DNA of 63,241 bases, counting the filler, from Reticulomyxa filosa (lineage: Eukaryota; Protista; Foraminifera), in NCBI GenBank assembly GCA_000512085.1. It is 21 parts of 21 records of this genome, joined end to end, with 100 filler letters (N's around TTAATTAATTAA, not from the genome) between each part and the next. Parts side by side here need not be neighbours in the genome. Positions count along the whole stretch, not along the records: positions 12,240 to 14,848 come from ASPP01005484.1; positions 14,949 to 16,204 come from ASPP01010502.1; positions 16,305 to 18,559 come from ASPP01026885.1; positions 18,660 to 19,674 come from ASPP01001333.1; positions 19,775 to 21,939 come from ASPP01029205.1; positions 22,040 to 24,856 come from ASPP01011669.1; 15 more parts are not named here. One strand, 5' to 3'. The notes beneath the pieces are model-generated. The model saw nothing but the letters and a program-made list of their open reading frames with translations, was not told the origin of the DNA and did not search any database. The translations under genes were made by a program, and so were the position numbers. Positions 12,272 to 24,856 of the stretch are shown here, piece after piece. The stretch's first letter is position 1; each line of letters begins with the position of its first letter.

Positions 12272-14848
12272 TTGGAAGAATTGGAAGAACAAAGGAAGAA
12301 CAAAAAACTGCAACGATTTAGCGATTGGATGGAAGGACAAAGCTCGCTATTGGCGTTCCAAGCGCAATGGCTGAAGCAAACCGACTTCAAGCAGATGATG
12401 GACTCGTGGATAACGTCGGCGTCGTCGGTACCGAACGACGACTTTGAAATCGTGACGCACCGAAGCGGGAGTGTGTTGAATGCAAACACGATCTTGAAGA
12501 TGGACATGGTGACGAACTTCAACGTGCTATTATCGAATTTGCCGAACAATGGGACCGATTTGACGCTGATGTTGGAGGCGGACAAAGATATCGTGCTAGA
12601 CGGAGGAGATTTGGAATTTGGGTATTGGAATCTGTACATGGAGCCAAAAGTCGGTGTCGCATCGTTGGCACAGCCGACAGTGCCAGTGTTGCGTCAAGTA
12701 TTGCAAAAGCGTTTGCAGATCTTGCCAAAGGAGACAATGAAATTGGATGATACGACAATGATGAGTGTATCATCGGTGCGATCGCAACAAGGTAATAAAG
12801 ACTGCGATGTGTTGTGGGTGGACTTGCGAGAAGAGCCCGTGGTGTACATCAAAGAATGTCCATATGTGATTCGACATGTCGCGCAGCCGTTCCTTCGCTT
12901 GTCCGAGTTTGGCGACTTGGAAGCCAAGCACTTGCACGAAATTACGCAACGTCTGAAGCATGATATCATGGAAGAGGCCAGACATTATCATAATGACATA
13001 TTGGGTCATGAGGAGGAAGTGTGGAGACAGCTGCCGTTGAAAGGAGAATGGATCCCTTTGGACTTGGACGATCTCAATGCCATTCAAACTCCTGCTCAAG
13101 TCGTCAAAAATCTACGCAAGCAAGGCTATCGCATCAAGTATCGACGAGTGCCTTGCAATCCCAGACAAGTATTTGAAATGCCCACTTTGGACAGACTCGG
13201 CAAAATCATCACCGAACACGCCACCAAAGATGTCACGTTCATCTTCACCTGTGGCAATGGGAGAGAGCGGTCGACAGTGGCCACCATTCTGACCATTTTG
13301 ATCTGCTATCACGCCGATCTCCTCGTCTTTGTCGGCGAGGATGGCCAAGAAGCAAAGGGCATTAGCTTGAAGCAACTGTCGCTCGAAGGCTCGCCCAAGA
13401 GACACTCGTACTCGCAACTACTGGGGTCCAACTCTCACTTGCGTCGCAAGATGGCCGATGCTGAGAAGAGCGTATCCCCGAAGCAAGGGGAGGAACTGAA
13501 TGAAGGGGATGCCATTGAAGAGCCGCTCGTGCTCGCAGCAGAGTCCAAACTGCACAAAAGCAAACTCACCACGAGCTTGCAAGACAAAGATGGGTCCGAC
13601 GAGAAAGGCAATAAGAATGAGCCTAACAGTGATGACGAGTTGGATGAAGATGAGCCACTTCGAAGTGAGGCAAATAAGCCTATTTCAACTGCTACTGTAG
13701 CAGCATCAGCAACGACAACGAACACAAAGTCAATTGTGAATGATCAAAAGTGGCTAGAATTAAGTGATAATCAACATGGAAAGAAGATAAATAATAATAA
13801 TCCTGTGTCAAGCAATGAAAAGAACGATACAATTCTATCGACTGTAAGCGCGAGTGCCAGTGTAAGTGTAACCGAGTTCGACAACGCGCGGAAGAAAGAA
13901 AACGAACGCACCATGGACTGTCGCGCTGTGAATAGCCTGATTCGCGTCTTACGAGTCGGTCGGGAGATCAAAAATCAAGTCGATGCTGTCATCGAACATT
14001 GCTCGCAGAATTTCAATCTGCGTGAGTCCATCTACGAAGCTCGCGATCGGTATGAACAGGCACGTACCAGCAAAGAAGATAAAAAGTACTTGATGGAAGC
14101 AGTGAGATACGTACTTACGTACTCCAGTCTAATCTGCTACAATGCCTATTTGTTTGAACATTACCACGCGCTCAACCACAACAAAACGCACGAGAAAAAG
14201 TATGAGTTACTGTCTTTTCAAGAGTGGACGAGCGCGAGACCCGAACTCGGCATTTGGAGAAAAGATATCCAAGATCATCCCGAATCCGCTTTAATGTTCA
14301 CCGAAATTGAAAATACTCCTTATGCTGATGTCTTCACTCAACGCACTCGATTGAATGTCTTGTCCGGAAATAGCATGCTCAAGGTCGATTACTTCCCAGG
14401 CTGCGCTCTAATGCCACCCTGGACGAAACTGTCAGCAAAACCATCAACTTCCGCTATTTCCAAGCCTTTCAGGTCGCCGGCTGTGCCATCCCCTCTACCG
14501 AAGCCATCACGCAAATCGTCCTCTTCTTGGATCGACAATTCAAACAAAAGCCCGCTATCATTCGCTGGGCGTGTTTGCGAGAAGTTTTTTTTTTTTTTTT
14601 TTTTTTTTTGTTTATTGATATTAAATACACAATGAATGAATGATTAAACAACAACAAAAAAGGAACCAGTGTTGTATATTCATACTGATCCAGTGGTATT
14701 GAGAGAACTAAGTGGGCCATACGAAAATCTAGTGCATACTGGCATCACTCGAAAACGAGTCGAGGGCATGGAAAAAGCTTTAAAACGTGATGCCATTGCC
14801 GAAAGTCAACGGTTTAATGGCCAATTACTCATTCACGCCGAGGTTTTG
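12272..14848 (+). CDS. Paladin-like protein with tandem PTP-like phytase (inositol-phosphate phosphatase-like) repeats, partial
   Basis: Repeat 1: GSVLNANTILKMD..AQPT..WVDLREEPVVYI..YRRVP..FTCGNGRERST (CX5R). Repeat 2: VLSGNSMLKVDYFPGC, then after a 1-nt shift at ~14404 INFRYF..AIPS..WACLRE, intron 14584..14662, EPVLYI. Confidence 0.85.
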
Positions 14849-15028
14849 NNNNNNNNNNNNNNNNNNNNNNNNNNNNNNNNNNNNNNNNNNNNTTAATTAA
14901 TTAANNNNNNNNNNNNNNNNNNNNNNNNNNNNNNNNNNNNNNNNNNNNTTTTTTTTTTTTTTGTCAGTGTTAATAAAATTGTGATCGTGTCAAATCGATC
15001 CATAAAATTTTTTTTTTTTTTTTTTTTT

Positions 15029-15366
15029 GTCGGAACATTGATCTGGTTCCGTATGATATTTGCCAAGACTGCGCAGAATACGTAAATCAATGTTTGGTGG
15101 CACACTTTCCAGAAAGTTTGTTTTACTACCGATCTTATTCCATATGTTCCAAAAGTCCTGTTTTGAATTCATTTTTTTTTTTTTTTTTTTTGATGGTTGG
15201 AAATTTTTGCTCTTTTGAGAACAAGCTGGTCCTTTTGTCAAAAAACAAAATTTTCTTCAACTTTTGCTGTTCGAAAAGAGCCAACAGTCAGCTTTATATC
15301 TTCGCCACTTGGACGTTTTATGCTCACGAGCAAGTGCCAAGTGGAGCAAAGTGTGAGCTGAGACAT
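15029..15366 (-). CDS. Divergent eIF4E-family-like protein, 3'-partial
   Basis: Exon 15262..15366 (MSQLTLCSTWHLL..VGSFRTAK), GT-AG intron 15158..15261, then DFWNIWNKI..L..IDLRILR..EP. This resembles the eIF4E pattern L-x-x-x-W-x-L..F-x-T-V-E-D-F-W. Confidence 0.45.
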
Positions 15367-15787
15367 CTGTTGGACGATTTGCCGCAACCTTCGGGGGCAA
15401 GGAAGAAAAAAAAAAAAGACACCTTTAGAAGACAACTTCTGTTGCTAATAAAAAATTGCCAGGTAGTAAACTCGAAAGAGGAACATTTGTGTATACCTTT
15501 TCATTCTGTTGAATCAGGTTTATTTTTGGTTTTGAGGGATACGGTTACAAATAGCAAAGCTACTTGAACAAAGAATTTGTTACGGTTACGGTGAAAAACC
15601 AACCAAGTTGTATCAAATATACGACAAGTATTGTACTAATTTGTTTTTTTTGTGGATGCTTGTGAGAGGACAAGGGGAGAACCAAGAAAATTTCGATATA
15701 GAATCCAAGTTAATAGGTCGCAAACAATTTTCTGTTTGTTTCAAACAAAAATTTTGTTTCAGGTCAGAAAAAGGTTAATTCTTCATT

Positions 15788-16125
15788 ATGTCCAAACCTC
15801 GAGAATTGTGAGTGGTATATATATATATATATGTATTATATGTTGAGTCTGGTAGCACGTCTCAAAAAGAAAAAAAAAAAGATGAAACCATAGTCAGTTT
15901 TTGTGGATGTAACAACAATGTGTTGTATTGCCACAACTGAACAGTGACTACTTGTTTAAGCTAGTATTGATTGGTGACGCGTCAGTGGGCAAAACAGCAT
16001 TATTGCATCGATTTGCAGATGACAGTTTTGACGATAATTACATATCAACAGTGGGGGTTGATTTTCGATTTCGAACAGTGACTTTGGACAAAAAGCTTGT
16101 CAAATTACAAATTTGGGATACTGCA
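15788..16125 (+). CDS. RAB1: Rab1-like small GTPase, 3'-partial
   Basis: Exon 15788..15807 (MSKPRE), intron 15808..15944, then [44 protein letters not shown], followed by a GT donor. Confidence 0.85.
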
Positions 16126-16413
16126 GTTTCTTTTTTTAATACATATACATATATATATATATATATATTATATGTATATGTATATAAGTCCGAGTAATGT
16201 TCCTNNNNNNNNNNNNNNNNNNNNNNNNNNNNNNNNNNNNNNNNNNNNTTAATTAATTAANNNNNNNNNNNNNNNNNNNNNNNNNNNNNNNNNNNNNNNN
16301 NNNNTATTGCAAAAAATAAGATACGTTACGAAAACGAACTTTTCGTTTGCTAAAAGGGCTTTTAATTAAAGTTTTTATAAAATCTATTATTTATTATCAC
16401 TTGATAGTGGAAG

Positions 16414-18500
16414 ATGAATATTAAAATACCAAACAATTCTGTCAGTAATGGCAATAAGAAAGAACAATTAGAATATAGAGAAAAAGTTTTGTCACTGATT
16501 CGAAAGGCAGATGACAAGAGATTATCAAAGCGAAAAGGATTGACAGAAGCATACCAGCAGTACTATATTGATGATGTACGCGAAAATATTTTTTTTTCCC
16601 CGGCCATGGCAAAAAAAGCATATTATTTGTTGTGTGGTATTGAATACAGAAAATGTATGAAATAGCGCTTGCATAGCATCCGTTGGGTTTTAGTGTGGTC
16701 ATGGACACTCGAGGTAAAAATGCGATAGTATCATCAATCCAAAACACATAGAAGATCAAGATGATGATGAAAATCGCGTCTCGAATGAACGAAGTGAACT
16801 GACAAAGGATCTATGGCCTAAAATACAAAGAAATATTGAAAATCGTGGATTCCTCAAGTGTCCTTTTTTACATTGTTTTCAAAGAGGTACATTTTTTTTT
16901 TATTTAGGCCTCAAAGAAAAGAGAATAAGAAAGTATGATAGATGTGTCACGTTGTACATTGCATTTGACAAAAAAAAAGCCAAAAGACGACGACAAGCAA
17001 CATAAAAAGGCGCATGAAACGATTTGAGTTGAGGTAATGTGACACCATGTGTCTGTTTATATATCGACATGTGTAACGTTGTTTGGTCGTTAGTTATGTA
17101 TTTTTATGTGTGTGTTGTATATTATTGTGTACAAGTCAACGGAAGACAGTGATTGCAAAGAGAGTAAAACCAGCAGCTACTCGAGCGACGACGATTTGAG
17201 ACATTTGGAACAGTACAATAAACGCAAGCAACAAGACCCACAAAACAAGAAAAAGCAAGAGCACGAGCAAAGAGATATTCAAATTTAATAAAATCAGTAT
17301 GTGGGACGAAGGAGACTTGCCAAAATTATGGTTACTACCACTGCGTCTAATGTTGAACCAATTACAGACGTTTCGAATTTTTTTTTTTCAATCCTTCTCC
17401 AATCGTCTTTATTATTTTCCAAAAAAAAAAGTGTACATAATTGCGAGTGGGATGGTGAGTGTGGAAAAAAAAACAAAGCCATCATTACAAGCGATGTCTC
17501 ATACTCGAAAAACAACGCTGTCGAAATTAGTAGACCATACTCCGACGGGCGGAGACAATAAAATGATGACGTTTGATATGGCTGAACTGGTCAAGGGCGA
17601 TGACGAACATGGCGCCTCACACGATCCGGAAATCCTTCGATATTTGCAAGATTTGATGGACAGCGAAGACAAGAGTCTTTCGAGATCGGCATCTTTAGCT
17701 GCAGGTTCATCATGACGACTTGTTACACGAGGACCACACTAATCTGTTCGTTCATTCAGCGTCTTTAGAAAATACTCATTTCTTATATGTAGACCCAACT
17801 TCAAAAGACAATGGTGATATGTTATCTTAAATGAAAGAAGGCAAGATCCTGGTTCGCTTCATTTGTGTTTTTATTTTTTATTTGTTTTGTTTATTGAATG
17901 TCACTGTACTCATTTGTAAATATAATGTATGAATTGCACTATTGTCAATAGCTCACGTATGGCAAATTTGGAAGTGGCAGGTATCGTACATTTTGATTGT
18001 CCAAAGGTCACAAGTATCTTGTCTGGTTTTTACAAAAGAAAGACGAAGCTAACACAAAGATTCCAATAAATGCAATTGTTAAAATTCGAATTGTGAAAGA
18101 ATCTGATGCGGTCAGACGAGTGAAAGACCAAGACATTTATGAAACGTCATTCACTGTCATTTATGGCGATGAGAGAAGTAAATTGAATGTCACTGCAAAG
18201 TCTCCTCAAAAGGCTTATGTTGGGCCTACGGATTGAAAATTTGTCCGACGCTGCAAAGTTGGGTTTGCTTCACATTTGCAAGGGGAGGGAAATTGCAACA
18301 CATTCCTACCTTTTTTTCCACTCCTTCTGCACAATATTGACTCTTGGACATCCAAAACGATTGTCCATCGACTCATAAACGTGCAAATTCCGTGTTGATA
18401 TCGATGAATCATATCAAACACCACTCGGGAATCAATGTGTTTAACAAAAATAACGACATGGCCGCGTTGGAAACCTTGGCAAAAAGACATAAACACTGAA
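16414..18500 (+). pseudogene. Decayed multi-exon gene with PLC-type PH domain
   Basis: MLS*MKEGKIL, intron, LTYGKFGSGRYRTF*LSKGHKYLVW..KIPINAIVKIR..SFTVIYG..LNVTAKSPQKAYV. Several in-frame stops and frameshifts; boundaries approximate. Confidence 0.55.
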
Positions 18501-18660
18501 ACCAAAGCTACAAAAATGTGTCAATTTTGTTATGAACAAGACAATTAAAGTTGAGTTTANNNNNNNNNNNNNNNNNNNNNNNNNNNNNNNNNNNNNNNNN
18601 NNNTTAATTAATTAANNNNNNNNNNNNNNNNNNNNNNNNNNNNNNNNNNNNNNNNNNNNT

Positions 18661-19674
18661 GAAAAACAATTGAATGATGCTTTCAATTCTTTAAAAGATA
18701 TGCCCAATAAAGATTATGATTGGGCGTATAGAGAAGCACTTGAGACAATTACAGTGAAATTGTCTGGGAAACAATTCGATAATGCTTTTAATTATTTCAT
18801 TAGATTACACTGTGAAGAGAATCGTGTTATATATGCTCATTTATTTTGCGGGATTGCACAGAGATCGGATGAAAAACAAATAAACATTGCATTTAATTAT
18901 TTTATGGATAAGGTAAATGATAAAAATGAACATCGAAATATTCGTAGTAAGTGTACTCAATTACTTAAAAGTATTTCAAATAAATGTAACGAACAACAAT
19001 TGAATGAAGCTTTTAACTCTTCAATGGATATATTCAATGATGAAAGTGATGATGAAAATGTGCGTAAGGGATGTGCAGGATTACTTGGAACAATTGCAGT
19101 GAGTCTAAATGGAAAACATTTCGATGATGCTTTTCAATGTTTCACAAATGGATTAAAAGATAGTAAAGCAAATGTTCGGTGGTTATGTGTAAAATCACTT
19201 ATAACACTTTCAAAGAAATGGAATGACAGACAATTGAATATTACTGTTCAATATTTGATTGATCGATTTCAAAATAAAAATGGATATGATTGTTATATAT
19301 CTAGTTGGTTACTTGAAGGAATTGCAATGAAATTGAATGAAATACAAATCCATTCTGTTTTCACATGTTTGATCAATAGACTCAAAGGTAGCGATGAAAA
19401 GAATCGAGAATTGTATGCAGAATCTATTGGATATCTTTCAATGAAATTAAACAAAAAGCATTTGGATGATGTTTTTGAATGTTTAAATGGATTAGAAGAT
19501 GAACATGAATGTATTTGTGCATTATGTGAACAATCACTTGAAACAATGCAACAAAATTGAATGATAAACAATTGGATAAATTTTCAGTGGGTTAAAAGAT
19601 ATATATAATTGGGTTCGTGTATCATGTGCAAGATCACTTGGTATAATTGCAACAAAAGCGAGTGAGAAACAACT
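18661..19674 (+). pseudogene. HEAT-repeat protein (expanded family), frameshifted near 19546 and ~19590
   Basis: ~39-aa repeats (KQLDDAFxCLxNGLKD..VRxxCAxSLxTIAxKL). The repeat register continues in other frames after the ORF stop at 19560. Confidence 0.7.
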
Positions 19675-19789
19675 NNNNNNNNNNNNNNNNNNNNNNNNNN
19701 NNNNNNNNNNNNNNNNNNTTAATTAATTAANNNNNNNNNNNNNNNNNNNNNNNNNNNNNNNNNNNNNNNNNNNNAAATAATAAAAAAGG

Positions 19790-20284
19790 GGCTTTGTGAT
19801 AAATAATAAATCATTATTTTTTCCACCAATCAATCCACACATTCCTTCTAAAACTATTTCCTAATTTTCCAATGTTGGTATCTTGATTATGTTGTATCCA
19901 AGTATTGAAATATTGATTTCCAGATTTTGAATCAATCTAATTATTGTTATGATCATTAATTTTCCAAACACTTTTATATTTCATTGAAAATGTTTGTTTC
20001 ATTATATTTTCATTTTGTTCCTCCAAAAGATAACAAATGAATTTCATTTGGATTGGTTCGGGAATGATTCAATTGGACAACACAATGCCCACTTAGTTGA
20101 ACATCATTGGGATAAGAGAGATGTATTTGTATTGTTTTTTCAGAGTATGATACAAATAGCAGTCGTTAGTATTAGTATCCCCACAAATAAGAAGTTCTTC
20201 CTTGAACAAAATACATTGTGTTGCTTTGAATGATTTGGGTAATTCAGTCAAATTTTGAAAGTAATTGTTGACTTGAGCAGACAT
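19790..20284 (-). pseudogene. Kelch/beta-propeller family pseudogene fragment
   Basis: FQNLTELPKSFKATQCILFKEELLICGD..CYLYHTLKKQYKYI, then frameshift to YPNDVQLSGHCVVQL..IHLLSFGG, then further shifts and stops. Confidence 0.65.
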
Positions 20285-20733
20285 GTTAGATGAATCTTTT
20301 TTTGGGGTATGCTGGATAACCCTTTTTTTTGGAATGAATTTGAAAGTAATTGAATAAAAAAAAATATTATTTTCATAAAAAAATGAGTTTTGAAATTTTT
20401 TTGGTCACTCTTTTGATATTGTTGAATCACTTTGCACAATTCTATATTCGCAATCATACAAGAATAAAAGCAAGAACATATCCTTACAGATAAAATGATA
20501 ACTTTTTTTTTAGAGTTTTTTTTCAGTTCCGGCAAGCTGACCTTACTGCTTCGTTCAGTTATATGACAACACTTCCACTGAATTTCCTTCAATGTGCGTC
20601 TTTTTAAGTTTTCTTTTCAGTCAAAGTAAAATTTAAATAAAAAGTTTAAAAGCTAATTCTGTTCCAAAACTGGCCTCTTTTAACACTTTTCGGAAGGGAC
20701 AACGTCTTTTTAGATTAAAAAAACATTCCTATT

Positions 20734-20934
20734 ATGACAGCGTCAATTATCCAAAAAGCACCACAAGTGCCTGAATTGTTATTATCTCTAGTTGGGAAGT
20801 GGAAAGTTTCTGGGAAAGGTATGTATCCAACGATTCGCTCATTCGAATACAACGAGCAAATTACCTTTGAGCATACAAACCAGCCGTTTTTGATCTATCA
20901 ACAGCGAACACAACACAAGACGTTAAAGAAATAG
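20734..20934 (+). pseudogene. Nitrobindin/THAP4-like heme-binding beta-barrel (DUF1794), N-terminal part only
   Basis: LVGKWKVSGKGMYPTIRSFEYNEQITFEHTNQPFLIYQQRT matches the nitrobindin N-terminus (LLGTWRGQGEGEYPTI..F.YGEEI.F.H.GKP.I.Y.QKT). It ends abruptly before the MHxESG motif. Confidence 0.75.
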
Positions 20935-21430
20935 AGATGAAGGAGATGGCATTGATGACAATGATGATGATGCAAGTGATGAAGAAGATGAGGATGATGA
21001 CGATGAAGAAGAAGAAGAAAACGATTACAATGAAAACGATAAATAAGGATTCGAAGATGATAAAAATCATTATTTAACACGCAGTGGATCGAATAATGAA
21101 AGTAGCAGCATTCAACGAAAAGGATCGACAGTGTGCAAAGACATCCCTTACTATGGTGGTGGCGATTGGATCTCCATTTGGATCGATCGCAGCAAACGTC
21201 CCGTCATTCGTTGGTATAAAAATAGAGTGTTCGTCGCCAAACGAAACGAAATCCCCAAAACCAAGTCGCGATCCAAGGCACAGGAATGGGATGGTGTCTT
21301 TAATGTCTGTGGCGTCCTCGATCTCAATGATGATGCACTTTTCATTGGAAGAGGTCCTCATTCAAGACACAAACCGTTTCTGAATGTCTTTGCTCTGTTC
21401 CAACAAACACGGTCTTATTCATACCAATGC
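20926..21430 (+). pseudogene. Fragment of an unrelated gene (acidic linker + SPRY-like tail)
   Basis: D/E-rich stretch, in-frame TAA, then PYYGGGDWISIWIDRSKRPVIRWYKN, similar to the SPRY GDxIGxxLD..I.FYKNG motif. No start codon of its own. Confidence 0.4.
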
Positions 21431-22627
21431 TGCACATTTCAAAAAGAGAAACTTTGCTCACAAACAAGTGCAATTACTTTTGCAAGGAACCAACAAAACT
21501 CCACCAAAGACATCATCTACTTCTTCTTCTTTTCGCAAATATCACACCTTTTTTTTGTTAGTAAAGAATAACGTTCCATTTTTAACAAATTACAATGCTG
21601 GTTTAGTTTTCATTGTATTAAGTGTAATATCTTATCGGCATGTTGATCATTTCGCATTCTCAAAATTTAAAAAACAGCTTTTAAGATGATGAGTAATTAG
21701 TTCAACATTTTTTTTCAAAAATAAAAAGCAAAAAGCTCTTAAAATATCAACTAAACGTTTTTTTGTGGAAATCAACTTAGATTCTAATGATTTTGTTCAC
21801 ACTCTTTGGTTTTGAATAATGCATTTAGCTTTAAACATTATTCAATTTCATTTCAGCCAAGCAATAAGCAACTTTCAACTTGAACGTGATTCCCTTTTTA
21901 TTTCAGTGTCAGTGTTAACAACAACAACAGTTTTGAAGGNNNNNNNNNNNNNNNNNNNNNNNNNNNNNNNNNNNNNNNNNNNNTTAATTAATTAANNNNN
22001 NNNNNNNNNNNNNNNNNNNNNNNNNNNNNNNNNNNNNNNTAATGTATGTAATTGAATCGTTAAACTAACATTTTTTCCTTTGCATCAGGGAGCTTTTCAA
22101 TTGTAAGTATGAACATTTCATTTTCACTCAAGTCACTATATATGTCATTAACTAATTGACATTCTACCAATTGAATTTTGTGCGACAGTTTCCGTAAGTA
22201 TAAAAACCACTTTATAAACGCAAAACTTGCTGCTCCGGTGACAGATTGCTATATGTCTTCCTTTCAAGTATATTTTCACTCAAGACTATACAATATTATA
22301 TCTTCAATTTCTTTTGAAAACGATCATATTCGTTACTCTAAGCTTATCACTTTTTGCTTTAATTGTTTGTTTTGTTATTTTTTTGTAATTTTGTTGATAT
22401 GTGTTTTTTTAATCCGATAAATTTGTTTTTATACACTACGCACAATTTCGGATTTGGGGTAAGTACTGCTTCCCCATCGTTGAGAAAAAAATTGCATTTG
22501 AAAAACCAATTTACACAAAACCACTTAAACAAGAAAAAAAATAAATAAAAATACTTCACCATTGAACAAAGGGGAGAGACTTTTGTTTTATGCTCTATTT
22601 TCCCCTTTGTGTCCTTTAAAAAAGGAC

Positions 22628-24508
22628 TCATTCGAATGGCGATACAGCAGCCAAACCACTAAAATGAGAAGACTTTTGCAATCCACGAAACATGATGTAT
22701 CTTTTCAAACGGCATTGATATGAAACTTGGGCCCATAGCCGTTCTACCTGCTTTTTGTCCAGTAAATTTAAAGTGGTGATGATGATATCTTCCATGCGAT
22801 GCAAAGACTGTTGATAGATTTGGGTCAGGTATTGATGAATGATGTAATCTAATGCGTGCTCGTATGGACTTAGATGGAACGGATTGTTTTGTTCATCATT
22901 AGGATCATATTTATAATCAGGGAAGCATTTGCTTAAATCAGCTTTTTTCTTTTCAATTTTATCTTTCAACAAATCATTTCGAGTCAATACCAATACAAAA
23001 ATGCAATGTTGCAAGGGTTTACTTTCCAAAATCTCTCGCCACAAATTAAGTGACTCAATCATCGGATTGCTGGCACCTTTGCCGGCCATAAACGAATATT
23101 TGGAGTGTATTTGTGACGGTTTTGGGAATTGCTCAGGTTGGACAGTTTCGACTTCATTCGCCTTTTCATCCATATCAAATGCAACACAATCTGCTGTAAA
23201 TACGACAACAGATACCTGTTTTTTGATATTCAAAGGCAAGCCCGTTAAGTATTTTGCCCAATGTTGACGTTCTTCACGATGTCCACCCACATCAAAAATG
23301 CGGTATGGAGACATGTATTCATCCATATTGATAATTTTTAACTGTCCCAAGACATCATTTTCACTTCCTATTTATGAATGAAATGATGGACCCAAAGAAA
23401 GATAAAATGTCCAAAAAAAAATTTTTTTTGTAATTGTTTGGAAATTGAATAGACAAATAGAACAAACCGACAGTGTTCAAATTCAAATGAATGTTCAAAT
23501 TCAACATTTTATTTTTTAGTTGTTGTGAAGATTGATTTGCCAACCATTCATCAAGATGGCTTGATGTAAAGTCTGGCATTGTTGTGACTGTGCTCACAAC
23601 ATAATGCTGATTATCAACGTTTGGATTTATGGTCTGTGTGTTGGCGGTGTTATTGACATTATTGTTATTATTATTGCTATTGTTATTATTATTGTTATTA
23701 TTGTTATTGTTCGTGTTGTTATTGTTGGTATTGTTATCATTAGTTCTAACGTGTTTTTTAGTTTTATTTTTGCTTCTGCTCAATCGGTTGTGGACGCTGT
23801 TCGCGTTTTGGCTTTGGTTGCTTGTGCTATTCATACGCTGCAGGCTGAAGTGGTTATTATTAAAAGGATGGGTGGCAGTGCCTGCATTCGGATGGGTGTG
23901 CTGTGCAATCATTGAATTGAAGAACGAGTGTCCCAAAATGAGCTGCAATTCATTGATGCGCAAGCGATCTTCCATCAAGCCTTTGGTAGGCTGTCGAAGC
24001 ATTAAAATATCTTTTTCACTTGGCAAATAGTCGGGTTGCGATATTTCGTTCAATTTCGATTTCTTCATAAAATATTGCAATGACATGTGATTGGAAGAGG
24101 AAAAGTGTTTGGTATTGTGATGGTATACGTATTGAATTACGCGATTGTTCCAAATATTCCACAAGTGAGGGCGCATTTCAAAGTTGATGTCCAAATGAAC
24201 GTCGATCGGGTTATTGTCGCGATTGATTTTTCGGCGCTTGTGATACTCTTCCAAATACTCTATCGACTCCAACACTTTCTGGTCATTGATCGTTGGAAAT
24301 TTTGAATTTTGCAGTGTGTTGGCCTTGTATTCGGCAATGATGAGGTCCAATGCTCCCAAAATTTGTGCGTATACAGCTTGAACAAATTTCTTGGGATCCA
24401 TTCGAGCTGGGTCGCCATATAGCAAGCGTGTATGATTCAGCAATGTGGATTTGCCACTTGCCGCAGTGCCCAGTAGTAACACGCAAGTTTCTTCTTGCGC
24501 GCTCACTT
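22628..24508 (-). CDS. Atypical heterotrimeric G-protein alpha subunit, 5'-partial
   Basis: LLLGTAASGKST, YLPSEKDILMLRQPTKG, IFDVGGHREERQHW, LVLTRNDLL, LSKCFPDY. GT-AG intron 23368..23467 joins the two long ORFs in frame. Confidence 0.9.
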
Positions 24509-24806
24509 CTGTTTGTTCGCGCATACACGTATACACATATACATGTCGCTGATATATTATCATTATTGTCAGTTATGCCAACATAGAAAGAAAACTCAAG
24601 GTTAGAAAGGGGGAGAATAAAAAAATATATTTATTGGGTATTTATATGTAATGGTATGTGTATCGTGTGATTTGATTGGTAACGAATCAACTTCGGAATG
24701 CAGGCAACAAAAACACGTCAAAATGATGTAACACTTCTCTCAATGCAGCTCGCAGAAGTGATGGAAGTCCTTCTTTTTCTTCTACAAATTTTGTTGCAAA
24801 AAGTGT

Positions 24807-24856
<50 letters not shown>

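Noticed and set aside
14400-14410. Programmed frameshift in the paladin-like gene
   Set aside because: No slippery heptamer; one missing C in a CC run explains it.
23368-23467. Three introns of exactly 100 nt (also 27904..28003 and 47327..47426) as an introner family
   Set aside because: No sequence similarity among them, and other introns range from ~68 to ~209 nt, so likely coincidence.
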